This document shows, piece after piece, positions 30,723 through 39,119 of a stretch of 64,000 nt of DNA. Each line of letters opens with the position of its first letter. Positions within the stretch are counted from its first letter, which is position 1. The notes beneath the pieces were generated by a model. The model had not been told where the DNA came from. It did no database searches and worked only from the letters and a program-made list of their open reading frames with translations. The translations under genes and the position numbers were made by a program. This stretch comes from an uncultured Sphingomonas sp. Lineage in GTDB: Bacteria > Pseudomonadota > Alphaproteobacteria > Sphingomonadales > Sphingomonadaceae. Location: the NCBI RefSeq assembly GCF_902806265.1, contig NZ_CADCVZ010000008.1, positions 3,209 to 67,208 of the forward strand. Direction: 5' to 3'.

Positions 30723-31583
30723 ATGGGTTACGATAGAGGGCGCAAGGGTGATCGCGGCGGGCGCGGCCGGGACAAGGGCGGCGATTTCGGCGGCGGCGGT
30801 GGCGATATGTACGGCGGTGGTGATCGCGGCGGCTTCGGCGGCGGCGGCTTCGGTGACCGCGGCGGCTTTGGCGGCGGCGGCGACCGCTTTGGTGGCGGCG
30901 GCGGCGGCGGCGGTTACAACCGCGGCGGTGGCGGCGGCTTCGGCGGCGGTGATCGCTTCGGCGGCGGCGGTGGCGGCGGCGGCTTCCGCGGTGGCGGTGG
31001 CGGCGGCTTCCGCAGCGGCGGCGGTGGCGGCGGTGCCGGTGGCGGCATGCCTCCGCAGGTCGTCGGCGAGGGCAAGGGCGTGGTCAAGTTCTTCAACCCG
31101 CAAAAGGGCTTCGGTTTTATCGTCCGCGACGATGGCGGCGAGGATGTGTTCGTGCACATCTCGGCCGTGGAGCAGGCGAACCTCACGGACCTGGCCGACG
31201 GTCAGCCGCTGGAGTTCACCCTGGTTGATCGGGGCGGCCGCATCTCGGCCAGCAACCTGCGGATCGAAGGCGAGCCGATGGCGGTGGAGCGCTCCGGCGG
31301 AGCCAGCGCCGGCGCTGGCGGTCCGGGCGGTGAGCGCGGCGCGGGTGGCCCGCAGCGGCAGCTGACCGGCGAAAAGGCCAGCGGCACCGTTAAGTTTTTC
31401 AACGCCATGAAGGGCTTCGGCTTTATCCAGCGCGACGACGGACAACCGGACGCGTTCGTCCACATCTCGGCCGTCGAGCGCGCCGGCATGCCGACGCTCA
31501 ACGAAGGCGACCGGCTCGAGTTCGAGCTGGAGGTCGATCGTCGCGGCAAGACCGCGGCCGTGAACCTGTCGCCGGTCCAGTAA
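30723..31583 (+). CDS. Tandem cold-shock-domain protein with Gly/Arg/Phe-rich N-terminal region
   Basis: Two CSDs (VKFFN..KGFGFI, DVFVHIS/DAFVHIS) preceded by about 110 aa of RGG/FGG repeats. Confidence 0.93.
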   Translation: MGYDRGRKGDRGGRGRDKGGDFGGGGGDMYGGGDRGGFGGGGFGDRGGFGGGGDRFGGGGGGGGYNRGGGGGFGGGDRFGGGGGGGGFRGGGGGGFRSGGGGGGAGGGMPPQVVGEGKGVVKFFNPQKGFGFIVRDDGGEDVFVHISAVEQANLTDLADGQPLEFTLVDRGGRISASNLRIEGEPMAVERSGGASAGAGGPGGERGAGGPQRQLTGEKASGTVKFFNAMKGFGFIQRDDGQPDAFVHISAVERAGMPTLNEGDRLEFELEVDRRGKTAAVNLSPVQ

Positions 31584-31610
31584 GCATCACCCGCTCACGC
31601 GGGGGCGAGG

Positions 31611-31650
31611 GGCCCGTCCGGTTCATTCCGGGCGGGCCTTTTTATTTTCT
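31611..31650 (+). terminator. Rho-independent terminator
   Basis: ggcccgtccgg-ttcatt-ccgggcgggcc followed by tttttattttct. Confidence 0.85.
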
Positions 31651-31666
31651 GTGGAGGGAAGTCAGA

Positions 31667-32032
31667 ATGAAAATGATGCTCCCGGGGCTTGCCATGCTGC
31701 TGGCTCCGACCGCGGCGACCGCAGCGACGCCGGATCGCAGCGCGTTCGACCTCCAGTGCGCGCTGGCCCTCCAAGAAGCTCATGGAAAGGTTACAGAAGC
31801 GGAGAAGGGTGAAATCCAGGCGGCCATGACCTTCTTCTTCGGCCGGGTCGATGCGCAGGTCCCCAGCAGTGAGCTGGAGACCCGGGTGGTCGCCGCAAGT
31901 GCGGCTCTGCAAGGCAAGGCTCTTGGACCCATGCTGGAGCAATGCGGCGGCTACATGATCGAGCGTGGTAAGGCGTGGAAGGACCTTGGCGAGCGCATGC
32001 TGGCCAAGGAAGGATCGCAGAGGCCGAGGTAG
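31667..32032 (+). CDS. Hypothetical secreted helical protein
   Basis: ggaggg SD, signal peptide, two Cys, MTFFFGRVD. Confidence 0.65.
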   Translation: MKMMLPGLAMLLAPTAATAATPDRSAFDLQCALALQEAHGKVTEAEKGEIQAAMTFFFGRVDAQVPSSELETRVVAASAALQGKALGPMLEQCGGYMIERGKAWKDLGERMLAKEGSQRPR

Positions 32033-33160
32033 CTACTCGCGCCGATAGGGCAGCTCCGCGCGGCAAGCCTCGACTTCCGCGGCGACAGCGTGGCGCTCGC
32101 TTTCTAGGAAGTGCTCGACTGCCTCGCGGAAGGCGGGGTGCGGGATGAAGTGGGCGGACCGCGTGATCACCGGTTCGTAGCCGCGCGCCAGCTTGTGCTC
32201 GCCCTGCGCGCCCGCTTGGACCTCAGCCACGCCGTGCGCAATCGCCCACTCGATCGCCTGATAATAGCAGAGCTCGAAATGGAGGAACGGCACCTCCTCC
32301 GTCGCACCCCAATAGCGGCCGTAGAGCGTGTCGGCGCCGATGAGGTTCAGCGCTCCCGCGATCGGTTGGCCGTCGCGCAGCGCGAGCAGCAGGAGGATGC
32401 GTGTTCCCATGGTCTCGCCGATGCGGTCGAAGAAGCCGCGGGTGAGATAGGGCCGCCCCCACTTCCGCCGTCCTGTGTGCTGGTAGAAGCGCCACATCGC
32501 ATCCCAATGCTCCGGTGCGATGTCCTCGCCCCGGAGCTGGAGAAAGGTCAGGCCCTCGCGCGCGGTGGCCCGTTCCTTGCGCAGCGCCTTGCGCTTGCGG
32601 CTGGACAAGGCGGCGAGGAAATCGTCGAAGCTCGCGTAGCTGCGGTTGAACCAATGATATTGCGTGCCGTCGCGGAGCAACCAGCCGCGCGCTTCGAAGT
32701 CCGCGATCTCAGCTTCGGCGATGAAGGTGGCGTGGGCCGAGGACAGCCCATTCTGCTCGACCACGGCCTCGGCGGCGGCCAGCAGCGCCTGCGGCCGCTG
32801 TCCGAGCAATCGCCGTCCCGGGCACGGCGTGAACGGCACGGCGATCTGCAGCTTGGGGTAGTAGTCGCCGCCTGCGCGCTGCCAGGCCTCGGCCCAGCCG
32901 TGGTCGAACACATACTCGCCCTGGCTATGACTCTTGAGGTAGGCCGGCGCCGCTGCCAGCGGCTCGCCGCATTCCTCGACTAGGATCGGCAGGGGAGTCC
33001 AGCCGCTGCGCCCGCCGACGCTGCCCGACTCTTCGAGCGCGGTCAGGAAGGCATGGCTGAGGAACGGGTCGGCGCTCCCCGCCAGCGCGTCCCATTGGGC
33101 TGCTTCGATTTCCCCCACGCCGCCGCCGATGCGGGCGGTGATCGCTTCACGGTCGGCCAT
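32033..33160 (-). CDS. GNAT/FemAB-like acetyltransferase (DUF482 type)
   Basis: PFLSHAFL.ALE.SG, K.HSQGEYVFD..WA, YYPKL, LYGRYWG, HFELCYYQAI, GAQGEHK. Confidence 0.9.
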   Translation of the reverse strand: MADREAITARIGGGVGEIEAAQWDALAGSADPFLSHAFLTALEESGSVGGRSGWTPLPILVEECGEPLAAAPAYLKSHSQGEYVFDHGWAEAWQRAGGDYYPKLQIAVPFTPCPGRRLLGQRPQALLAAAEAVVEQNGLSSAHATFIAEAEIADFEARGWLLRDGTQYHWFNRSYASFDDFLAALSSRKRKALRKERATAREGLTFLQLRGEDIAPEHWDAMWRFYQHTGRRKWGRPYLTRGFFDRIGETMGTRILLLLALRDGQPIAGALNLIGADTLYGRYWGATEEVPFLHFELCYYQAIEWAIAHGVAEVQAGAQGEHKLARGYEPVITRSAHFIPHPAFREAVEHFLESERHAVAAEVEACRAELPYRRE

Positions 33161-33201
33161 TACGCACCGAGATAAGTACCCCGGCATGAAGTGTCAGCAG
33201 G

Positions 33202-33666
33202 TCAGTCGCGGATCGCGACCACTGCGTCGACCTCGACCGCCACCCCGAGCGGCAGGACGGGAACGCCCACCGCCGAGCGCGCGTGGCGGCCCGCTTCGCC
33301 GAACACTTCCTGCATCAGCTCGGACGCGCCATTGGCAACCTTCGGCTGATCGGTGAAGCTGCCGGCCGAATTGACGAACACGCCGAGTTTCACGATCCGC
33401 TGCACACGGTCGAGCGAGCCGAGCGCGGCCTTGATCTGCGCCAGCAGCATGATCCCGCAGCGGCGCGCGGCGGCCTGCCCGGCTTCGAGGTCGACATCCT
33501 CGCCCAGCCGGCCGGTGATCAGGCTGCCGTTCTCGGCGAAGCTTATCTGGCCCGAGATGTGGAGGAGGCCGTTCGCTTCCACCGCCGGAACGTAGGAGGC
33601 GACGGGCGCGGCGGCTTGCGGCAAGGTTATGCCGAGTTCGGCAAGGCGGTTGTCGATGCTGTTCAT
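33202..33666 (-). CDS. RidA/YjgF family protein
   Basis: ISGQI, VANGAS, GRHARSAVG, LPLGVAVEV. Confidence 0.9.
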   Translation of the reverse strand: MNSIDNRLAELGITLPQAAAPVASYVPAVEANGLLHISGQISFAENGSLITGRLGEDVDLEAGQAAARRCGIMLLAQIKAALGSLDRVQRIVKLGVFVNSAGSFTDQPKVANGASELMQEVFGEAGRHARSAVGVPVLPLGVAVEVDAVVAIRD

Positions 33667-33698
33667 GGGTCAGCCCCAAGCACCGGCGCCGCGGCGAA

Positions 33699-34445
33699 TC
33701 AAGCCTTCCGCGTTACGCTGAACCCGGCGAAGCTCTGGCTGGTGGGCATCAGCTCCAGCGTGTTGATGTTGAGGTGCGGCGGCAGCGTCGCCACCCACCA
33801 GATGGTCTCGGCCAGGTCCTCCGCGGTCATCGGATCCATGTTCGCGTAGAGCGCTGCGGACGCGGCCTGGTCGCCGCCGGTGCGGACAAGGGTGAACTCG
33901 GTCTCGGCCATGCCGGGCTCGATGGAGGTGACGCGCACCCCCGTGCCGGCCAGGTCGCACCGCAGGTCCAGCGAGAACTGGCGAACGAACGCCTTGGTCC
34001 CGCCGTACACCGCGCCGCCGCGATAAGGGTAGGTGGCGGCGACCGAGGACAGGTTGATCACCGCGCCGCGGCGCTCGATCAGCCGCGGCAGGACGGCGCG
34101 GGTGAGCGCGACCAGCCCGGTGATGTTGGTTCCGATCACCTGGTCGAGCTGCTGCCAGTCCTGCTCGTGCAGCGGCTCGGCCGGCGGGGCGAGGCCAGCG
34201 TTGTTGAGCAGCAGGTTCAGCCCGCCCCACTCACCGGCCAGCTCGCCCATGCGGCCGAGCGCGTCCAGGTCGCGCATGTCGAGCTCGAGTGGGAGAAAGG
34301 CTTCGCCAAGCTCCTCCTGCAGGGCGCGGAGCCGGTCGCCGCGGCGGCCGGTGCCGATCACCCGCCAGCCGTTGCGGGCGAAGAGCCGCGCGCTGGCCGC
34401 GCCGATCCCGGCGGTGGCGCCGGTGATCAGGATCGTCTTGGTCAT
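33699..34445 (-). CDS. Short-chain dehydrogenase (YdfG-like)
   Basis: TGATAGIG, NNAG, YGGTK, IEPG. Confidence 0.92.
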   Translation of the reverse strand: MTKTILITGATAGIGAASARLFARNGWRVIGTGRRGDRLRALQEELGEAFLPLELDMRDLDALGRMGELAGEWGGLNLLLNNAGLAPPAEPLHEQDWQQLDQVIGTNITGLVALTRAVLPRLIERRGAVINLSSVAATYPYRGGAVYGGTKAFVRQFSLDLRCDLAGTGVRVTSIEPGMAETEFTLVRTGGDQAASAALYANMDPMTAEDLAETIWWVATLPPHLNINTLELMPTSQSFAGFSVTRKA

Positions 34446-35059
34446 GCCGCGTCCTTCAGGCGATCAAGGATCCAGCCGGTCGCGGTAGGCCAGTCGTCAA
34501 TGCGCGCATGGGCGTGCTCGGCAGTTTCCGTAACCCCCGCCAGCCGCGGCTCGGCGACCATGTGCAGCCGGATGGTCTCGGGCGAGTGTTTGGCGACCGA
34601 CGCGTGGTGCACGGCCAAGTCGTCCACGAACAGGCTGCGGGTGGCGGAATGGCGTTCGACCAGCTGCAGCAGCGGAGCGCCCTTGCCCCCCTGGTTGCAG
34701 ACCACCTCGTGGCGGATGCCGTGGCTGGCGAGCTGGTCCACCCGCCACGGGTGCGCCTCGTCCTGAAGGTTGGTGAGGATCACGATATTCGCCACCTCGC
34801 CGATCCGCCCGAGCCCTTCCAGAGCGCCCGGAACCAGCGTCTGCCGATGCATCTCGCCGCGGAAAAAGGCATGCAGCAGCGGCCAGACCTCTTCGGAGGG
34901 CACCCGCTCGCCGGTCGCTGCACGCTTCATGGAGCCGCCGAAATCGCCGTCCTCCGGGCGGAAGCTGATGCCGTGGGCTTCGTGGAGCCATTCGGCGAAG
35001 TGCGAGACCATATGCAGCAGGACTTCGTCGCAGTCGGTGACCAGCAGGGGACGGTTCAT
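34442..35059 (-). CDS. HAD superfamily hydrolase
   Basis: DCDEVL motif I, ILTN, FVDD. Confidence 0.82.
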   Translation of the reverse strand: MNRPLLVTDCDEVLLHMVSHFAEWLHEAHGISFRPEDGDFGGSMKRAATGERVPSEEVWPLLHAFFRGEMHRQTLVPGALEGLGRIGEVANIVILTNLQDEAHPWRVDQLASHGIRHEVVCNQGGKGAPLLQLVERHSATRSLFVDDLAVHHASVAKHSPETIRLHMVAEPRLAGVTETAEHAHARIDDWPTATGWILDRLKDAA

Positions 35060-35328
35060 GCCTCGAGAGCGCTCCGAGCGGCGACCAGTTCCTCCGGCTT
35101 GCGGCCAAGCTCCGCGGCGACCGCCAGCAGGTCGGGCTCGTGCGCTTCCAGGAAGCGCAGCACGGCGCTGAGCAGCTGCGGATCGTCGGCGCGCTCGCGC
35201 AGGTCTGCAGGTGCGATGCCGCTCAAGTCCAGCAGCCGTTCGGCGCGGCGCTCGTCCCGAATCGTTACGGCGAGCGCGTGCAGTGCAACCGTCAGGGGGT
35301 CGTCGTTGTTTGAGGCTGGGTTGATCAT
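35056..35328 (-). CDS. DUF3572 family protein
   Basis: R.L.LSG..P..LR; L.AVL.FL..HE..L; divergent from divK as in other Alphaproteobacteria. Confidence 0.8.
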   Translation of the reverse strand: MINPASNNDDPLTVALHALAVTIRDERRAERLLDLSGIAPADLRERADDPQLLSAVLRFLEAHEPDLLAVAAELGRKPEELVAARSALEA

Positions 35329-35338
35329 CGCCTATAAG
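35310..35338 (+). promoter_or_regulatory. Putative divK promoter TTGAGG-N17-TATAAG
   Basis: Spacing counted directly; overlaps the DUF3572 start. Confidence 0.45.
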
Positions 35339-35364
35339 GGGAGGTGAGGCTCGGGAGCTAGTAA

Positions 35365-35748
35365 GTGGCCAGGATCCTGGTTGTCGAGGACAACGCCCTC
35401 AACATCAAGCTGTTCTGCGACCTGCTGGCGGCGCACGGGCATGAGCCGCACGCAGTGACCGACAGCCGCGAGGCGCTGGAGCGGGCGCAGGCGGCCAAGC
35501 CCAACCTCATCATCACCGACATCCAGCTGCCGCACATCAGCGGCATGGAATTCATCCGGCAGGTCCGCGACGACCCGGCGCTGCGTGACGTGCCGATCAT
35601 GGCGGTGACCGCCTATGCGGGGGCGGGCGACGAGGAGCGGGTCCGCGATGCCGGGGCGCAGGCTTATGTGTCCAAGCCGATCTCGGTAGCGAGGTTCGTC
35701 GACGAAGTGACAGCGCTGCTCGAACGGCGGGAGCCGGTGGCCGGGTGA
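35365..35748 (+). CDS. divK: Single-domain response regulator DivK
   Basis: ILVVEDN.LN.KLF.DLL, DIQLP phospho-acceptor, AVTAYA, SKPIS; DUF3572/rpmG synteny. Confidence 0.85.
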   Translation: MARILVVEDNALNIKLFCDLLAAHGHEPHAVTDSREALERAQAAKPNLIITDIQLPHISGMEFIRQVRDDPALRDVPIMAVTAYAGAGDEERVRDAGAQAYVSKPISVARFVDEVTALLERREPVAG

Positions 35749-35779
35749 GGCATATCTCGGCGAAGGCCGGGGTACAGCC

Positions 35780-35810
35780 AACAACGAAGAAGGGCGCCGA
35801 AGCGCCCTTC
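35780..35810 (-). terminator. Terminator with UUCG tetraloop (rpmG direction)
   Basis: Minus strand gaagggcgc-ttcg-gcgcccttc followed by ttcgttgtt. Confidence 0.7.
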
Positions 35811-35834
35811 GACCGCTGCCGCGGCTCTATCTTA

Positions 35835-35863
35835 CTGGATCCCGGTCAGCGTCCGGGATGACG
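35835..35863 (-). repeat. CGTC-tagged REP-like palindrome
   Basis: Minus strand CGTC-ATCCCGG-acgctga-CCGGGAT-CCAG; single copy noticed. Confidence 0.6.
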
Positions 35864-35877
35864 ACCCTAGGGGGTCG

Positions 35878-36045
35878 TCACTTGATCTTTGCTTCCTTGA
35901 ACTCGACGTGCTTGCGCACGACCGGGTCGTACTTACGGAAGCTCATCTTCTCCGTCTGGTTGCGCGGGTTCTTCTTGGTCACGTAGAAGAAGCCGGTGTC
36001 GGCCGTGCTGACGAGCTTGATCTTGACGGTTGCCGGCTTGGCCAT
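35878..36045 (-). CDS. rpmG: 50S ribosomal protein L33 (zinc-free type)
   Basis: [21 protein letters not shown]...[14 protein letters not shown]. Confidence 0.97.
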   Translation of the reverse strand: MAKPATVKIKLVSTADTGFFYVTKKNPRNQTEKMSFRKYDPVVRKHVEFKEAKIK

Positions 36046-36171
36046 CGCAGAAGGTCCCGAATGCTTGAAAAACAAAGAGCGGCAAAAGCGCCGCTCAATC
36101 CGGGCAGCCCCATGCCGCCGCGGCCACGACTTGTCAAGAAAGCTCCTCAGTCACGGCGCTGCCACTGAGCC

Positions 36172-36187
36172 TTAGTCACTCCTTAAC
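36172..36187 (+). promoter_or_regulatory. CtrA-like box TTAG-N7-TTAAC
   Basis: ttag tcactcc ttaac, 40 bp upstream of ATG 36228. Confidence 0.55.
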
Positions 36188-36227
36188 CGGACGCGGCAAC
36201 TCTGGGCCGGTAAATGGAAGGTGAGCC

Positions 36228-36533
36228 ATGACCGAGTCGGCCGACAACCTACACCGCGACCTGCGCGCACGTATCGCGGACGTGCATCGGCGGGCGGAGC
36301 GCCTGTCGCCGCTGGACATCCACCGGCGGATGGATGCGATCCGCGATCTTGCGGCCCAAGGGGGCTTGGCGGCAGTGGAAGGATTGGCGTCCCGCTCCGC
36401 CCAACTGGCGTTGCTGCCCGGCTGCCGGGTGACGGTGCAGAGCTGCCTGGCGCACATGGACGCCGCGCTTAGCAGCGGGTCGGCAGCCGACCGCCAGACC
36501 ATATTAGCTGCAGTTGCCGTGCGCCTGCACTGA
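36228..36533 (+). CDS. Small helical hypothetical protein (Hpt-like bundle?)
   Basis: SD-like ggaagg, 101 aa amphipathic helices; no family motif recognised. Confidence 0.6.
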   Translation: MTESADNLHRDLRARIADVHRRAERLSPLDIHRRMDAIRDLAAQGGLAAVEGLASRSAQLALLPGCRVTVQSCLAHMDAALSSGSAADRQTILAAVAVRLH

Positions 36534-36571
36534 TACGGAAACGGAACGGCCGCTGACGCATTAAGCGGTGC

Positions 36572-38170
36572 ATGCGGGCCTTTTCCCAGCTCCTCGATGC
36601 GCTGGTCTACACCCGCTCACGCAACGGCAAGCTCAAGCTGATCGGCGATTACCTTCGCCGCACCCCCGATCCCGACCGGGGGGTGGCGCTGGCGGCACTG
36701 ACGGGCACGCTCGACATCCCGGCGGTCAAGAGCGCGGTGATCCGTGGATTGGCCGAGGAGCGCGTCGATCCGCTGCTGCTGGGCATGAGCCACAACTATG
36801 TCGGCGACCTGGCCGAAACGGTCGCGCTGCTGTGGCCCGTGCCGGCCGGCAACGACCCGGAGCTGGACGACGGCACGGTGCGCATCGCCGACGCGGTGGA
36901 GCGGCTGCGCTCGGCCTCGCGCTCCGACGCGCCGGGCGTGCTCGCGGCCATGCTCGACCACCTGGACGCGTCCGGCCGCTTCGCTTTGCTGAAGCTGGCC
37001 ACGGGCGAGCTGCGGGTCGGGGTCAATGCGCGCAACGCCAAGCAGGCCTTCGCCGACGGGTTCGGGCTCGATGTCGAGCAGGTCGAGGAGGTGTGGCACG
37101 GTCTGGCCCCACCCTATCTGGAGCTGTTCGCCTGGGGTGAGGGCCGCGGCGAGCAGCCTACGGCGCGCGACGTGCCGGTGTTCCGCCCGTTCATGCTGGC
37201 CCACCCGCTCGAGCAGGGCAAGGTCGCGCTGGCCGACTATGCCGCCGAGTGGAAGTGGGACGGCATCCGGGTGCAGCTGGTGCATGCCGGCGGGCAGACC
37301 CGACTCTACAGCCGCACCGGCGACGACGTCACCCGCAGCTTTCCGGAGATCGCCGATGCTTACCGCACCCCCGGCGTACTCGACGGCGAGCTGCTGGTGC
37401 AGGGCGCGGGCCAGGGCGGCGACGAGCACGGCGGAACGGCGGCGAGCTTCAACGCGCTGCAGCAGCGGCTTGGGCGCAAGGTGGTGTCCGCCAAGCACCA
37501 GGAACAGTATCCCGCGTTCGTTCGCCTGTACGACATGCTGTTCGAGGGTGCGGAGGACCTGCGCGAGCTGCCATGGGAAGCGCGACGGGAGCGGCTGGAA
37601 GCGTTCATGCCGCAGCTGGACGCGAGCCGGTTCGATCTGTCGCAGCTGATCGAAGCGGGTAGCTTTGCCGAGTTGGAGGAGATCCGCGCCGGGGCCCGCG
37701 ACGCGTCTATCGAGGGTATGATGCTGAAGCGGCGGGATTCGCCCTACGTCGCCGGGCGCCGCGTCGGCCTGTGGTACAAATGGAAACGCGACCCGCTGAC
37801 CGCCGACTGCGTGGTGATGTACGCCCAGCGCGGCTCGGGCAAAAGGTCGAGCTATTACAGCGACTATACCTTCGGCTGCTGGGCCGAGGACGGCGAGCTG
37901 CTGCCGGTCGGCAAGGCCTACATGGGCTTCACCGACGAGGAGCTGAAATGGCTAGACCGCTGGGTGCGGCAGCATACGGTGCAGCGCTTCGGCCCGGTGC
38001 GCGAAGTGGAGAAGACGCTGGTAATGGAGGTGGCGTTCGACTCCATCCACCTGTCCAAGCGCCACCGCTCGGGCCTGGCGATGCGCTTTCCCCGGATCAG
38101 CCGCATCCGCACCGACAAGCCGGCACATGAAGCGGATCGGGTCGAGACGCTGCTGGCGATGGTGACCTAG
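36572..38170 (+). CDS. ATP-dependent DNA ligase (ligase-associated damage-response type)
   Basis: Motif I EWKWDGIR, LDGEL, EGMMLK, WYKWK, FPRISRIR.DK. Confidence 0.95.
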   Translation: MRAFSQLLDALVYTRSRNGKLKLIGDYLRRTPDPDRGVALAALTGTLDIPAVKSAVIRGLAEERVDPLLLGMSHNYVGDLAETVALLWPVPAGNDPELDDGTVRIADAVERLRSASRSDAPGVLAAMLDHLDASGRFALLKLATGELRVGVNARNAKQAFADGFGLDVEQVEEVWHGLAPPYLELFAWGEGRGEQPTARDVPVFRPFMLAHPLEQGKVALADYAAEWKWDGIRVQLVHAGGQTRLYSRTGDDVTRSFPEIADAYRTPGVLDGELLVQGAGQGGDEHGGTAASFNALQQRLGRKVVSAKHQEQYPAFVRLYDMLFEGAEDLRELPWEARRERLEAFMPQLDASRFDLSQLIEAGSFAELEEIRAGARDASIEGMMLKRRDSPYVAGRRVGLWYKWKRDPLTADCVVMYAQRGSGKRSSYYSDYTFGCWAEDGELLPVGKAYMGFTDEELKWLDRWVRQHTVQRFGPVREVEKTLVMEVAFDSIHLSKRHRSGLAMRFPRISRIRTDKPAHEADRVETLLAMVT

Positions 38171-39069
38171 AAGCCGTGCACCGCCACTTGCCGACCTTCC
38201 GCGTCCGCGCGCCCGCGGTACATGCCGGCGGTGGTGAAGCCCCACGCCGCCTCGCCCTGCGGTGACACCGCGATCAGCCCGCCCTTCCCGCCCAGCTCCG
38301 CGATGTCCGCCAGCACGGCGTCGAGCGCGGTCTGCAGGTCCTCGCCGAGCATCCGCATGCGCGCGGTCAGCTCGTGGCCGGCGGCGGCGCGGATGAAATA
38401 CTCGCCCGAGCCGGTTGCGGATATCGCAGCGGCGCGGTCGTCGGCGTAGGTCCCGGCCCCGATCAGCGGGGAGTCGCCGATGCGGCCCCAACGCTTGGCG
38501 GTCAGCCCGCCGGTGGAGGTCGCCGCGGCGACATGGCCGTGCACGTCGACCGCCACCGCGCCGATCGTGCCGTACTTGACGTCGGCGTCGAATGCGCCGC
38601 CTGCGTCCAGCACCTTGCTCAGCATCGCCCGGCGTTCGGGGATCTCGAACCAGCCTGGATCCACCGTCTCCAGGCCCTGCTCCCGCGCGAACTCCTCCGC
38701 CCCGTCGAAGCTGAGCAGCACGTGAGGGCTCCGTTCCATCACCGCTCGGGCAGCGGTGATCGGGCTACGTACCGTGCGCAGGCCCGCAACGGCGCCGGCG
38801 GCGCGGGTCCGGCCGTCCATGATCGCGGCATCGAGCTCGATCCGGCCCTCCGCATTGAGCACGCTGCCGCGGCCCGCGTTGAAGGCGGGATGGTCCTCCA
38901 GCTGGCGCGCTGCGGCCTCGACCGCATCCAGCGCCGTTCCGCCCGGGCGCAGCACGGCCTGCCCCGCGTCCAGCGCCCCGTTCAGCCCGGCCAGCCCGGC
39001 CGCTTCCTCTTCCGCCGTCAGCCGCATCGCACCGCAGCCGCCGTGGATCACCAATCGCCATCGTCCCAT
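38167..39069 (-). CDS. iaaA: Isoaspartyl peptidase/L-asparaginase (Ntn hydrolase)
   Basis: IHGG.G, FNAGRGS, ELDAAIM, nucleophile in YG|TIGAVA, ATSTGG, GRIGDSP. Confidence 0.92.
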   Translation of the reverse strand: MGRWRLVIHGGCGAMRLTAEEEAAGLAGLNGALDAGQAVLRPGGTALDAVEAAARQLEDHPAFNAGRGSVLNAEGRIELDAAIMDGRTRAAGAVAGLRTVRSPITAARAVMERSPHVLLSFDGAEEFAREQGLETVDPGWFEIPERRAMLSKVLDAGGAFDADVKYGTIGAVAVDVHGHVAAATSTGGLTAKRWGRIGDSPLIGAGTYADDRAAAISATGSGEYFIRAAAGHELTARMRMLGEDLQTALDAVLADIAELGGKGGLIAVSPQGEAAWGFTTAGMYRGRADAEGRQVAVHGF

Positions 39070-39119
39070 GACCGGGGCCGTAGCCGCTCCTCCGGGCTTC
39101 GTGCAACGCGCGGACGCGC

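Noticed and set aside
30780-31050. GGC/GGT repeats as a CRISPR array or phase-variation tract (also poly-Ala at 16324-16350 and poly-Pro near 61408)
   Set aside because: In-frame codon repeats with no repeat-spacer structure and no cas genes in the window
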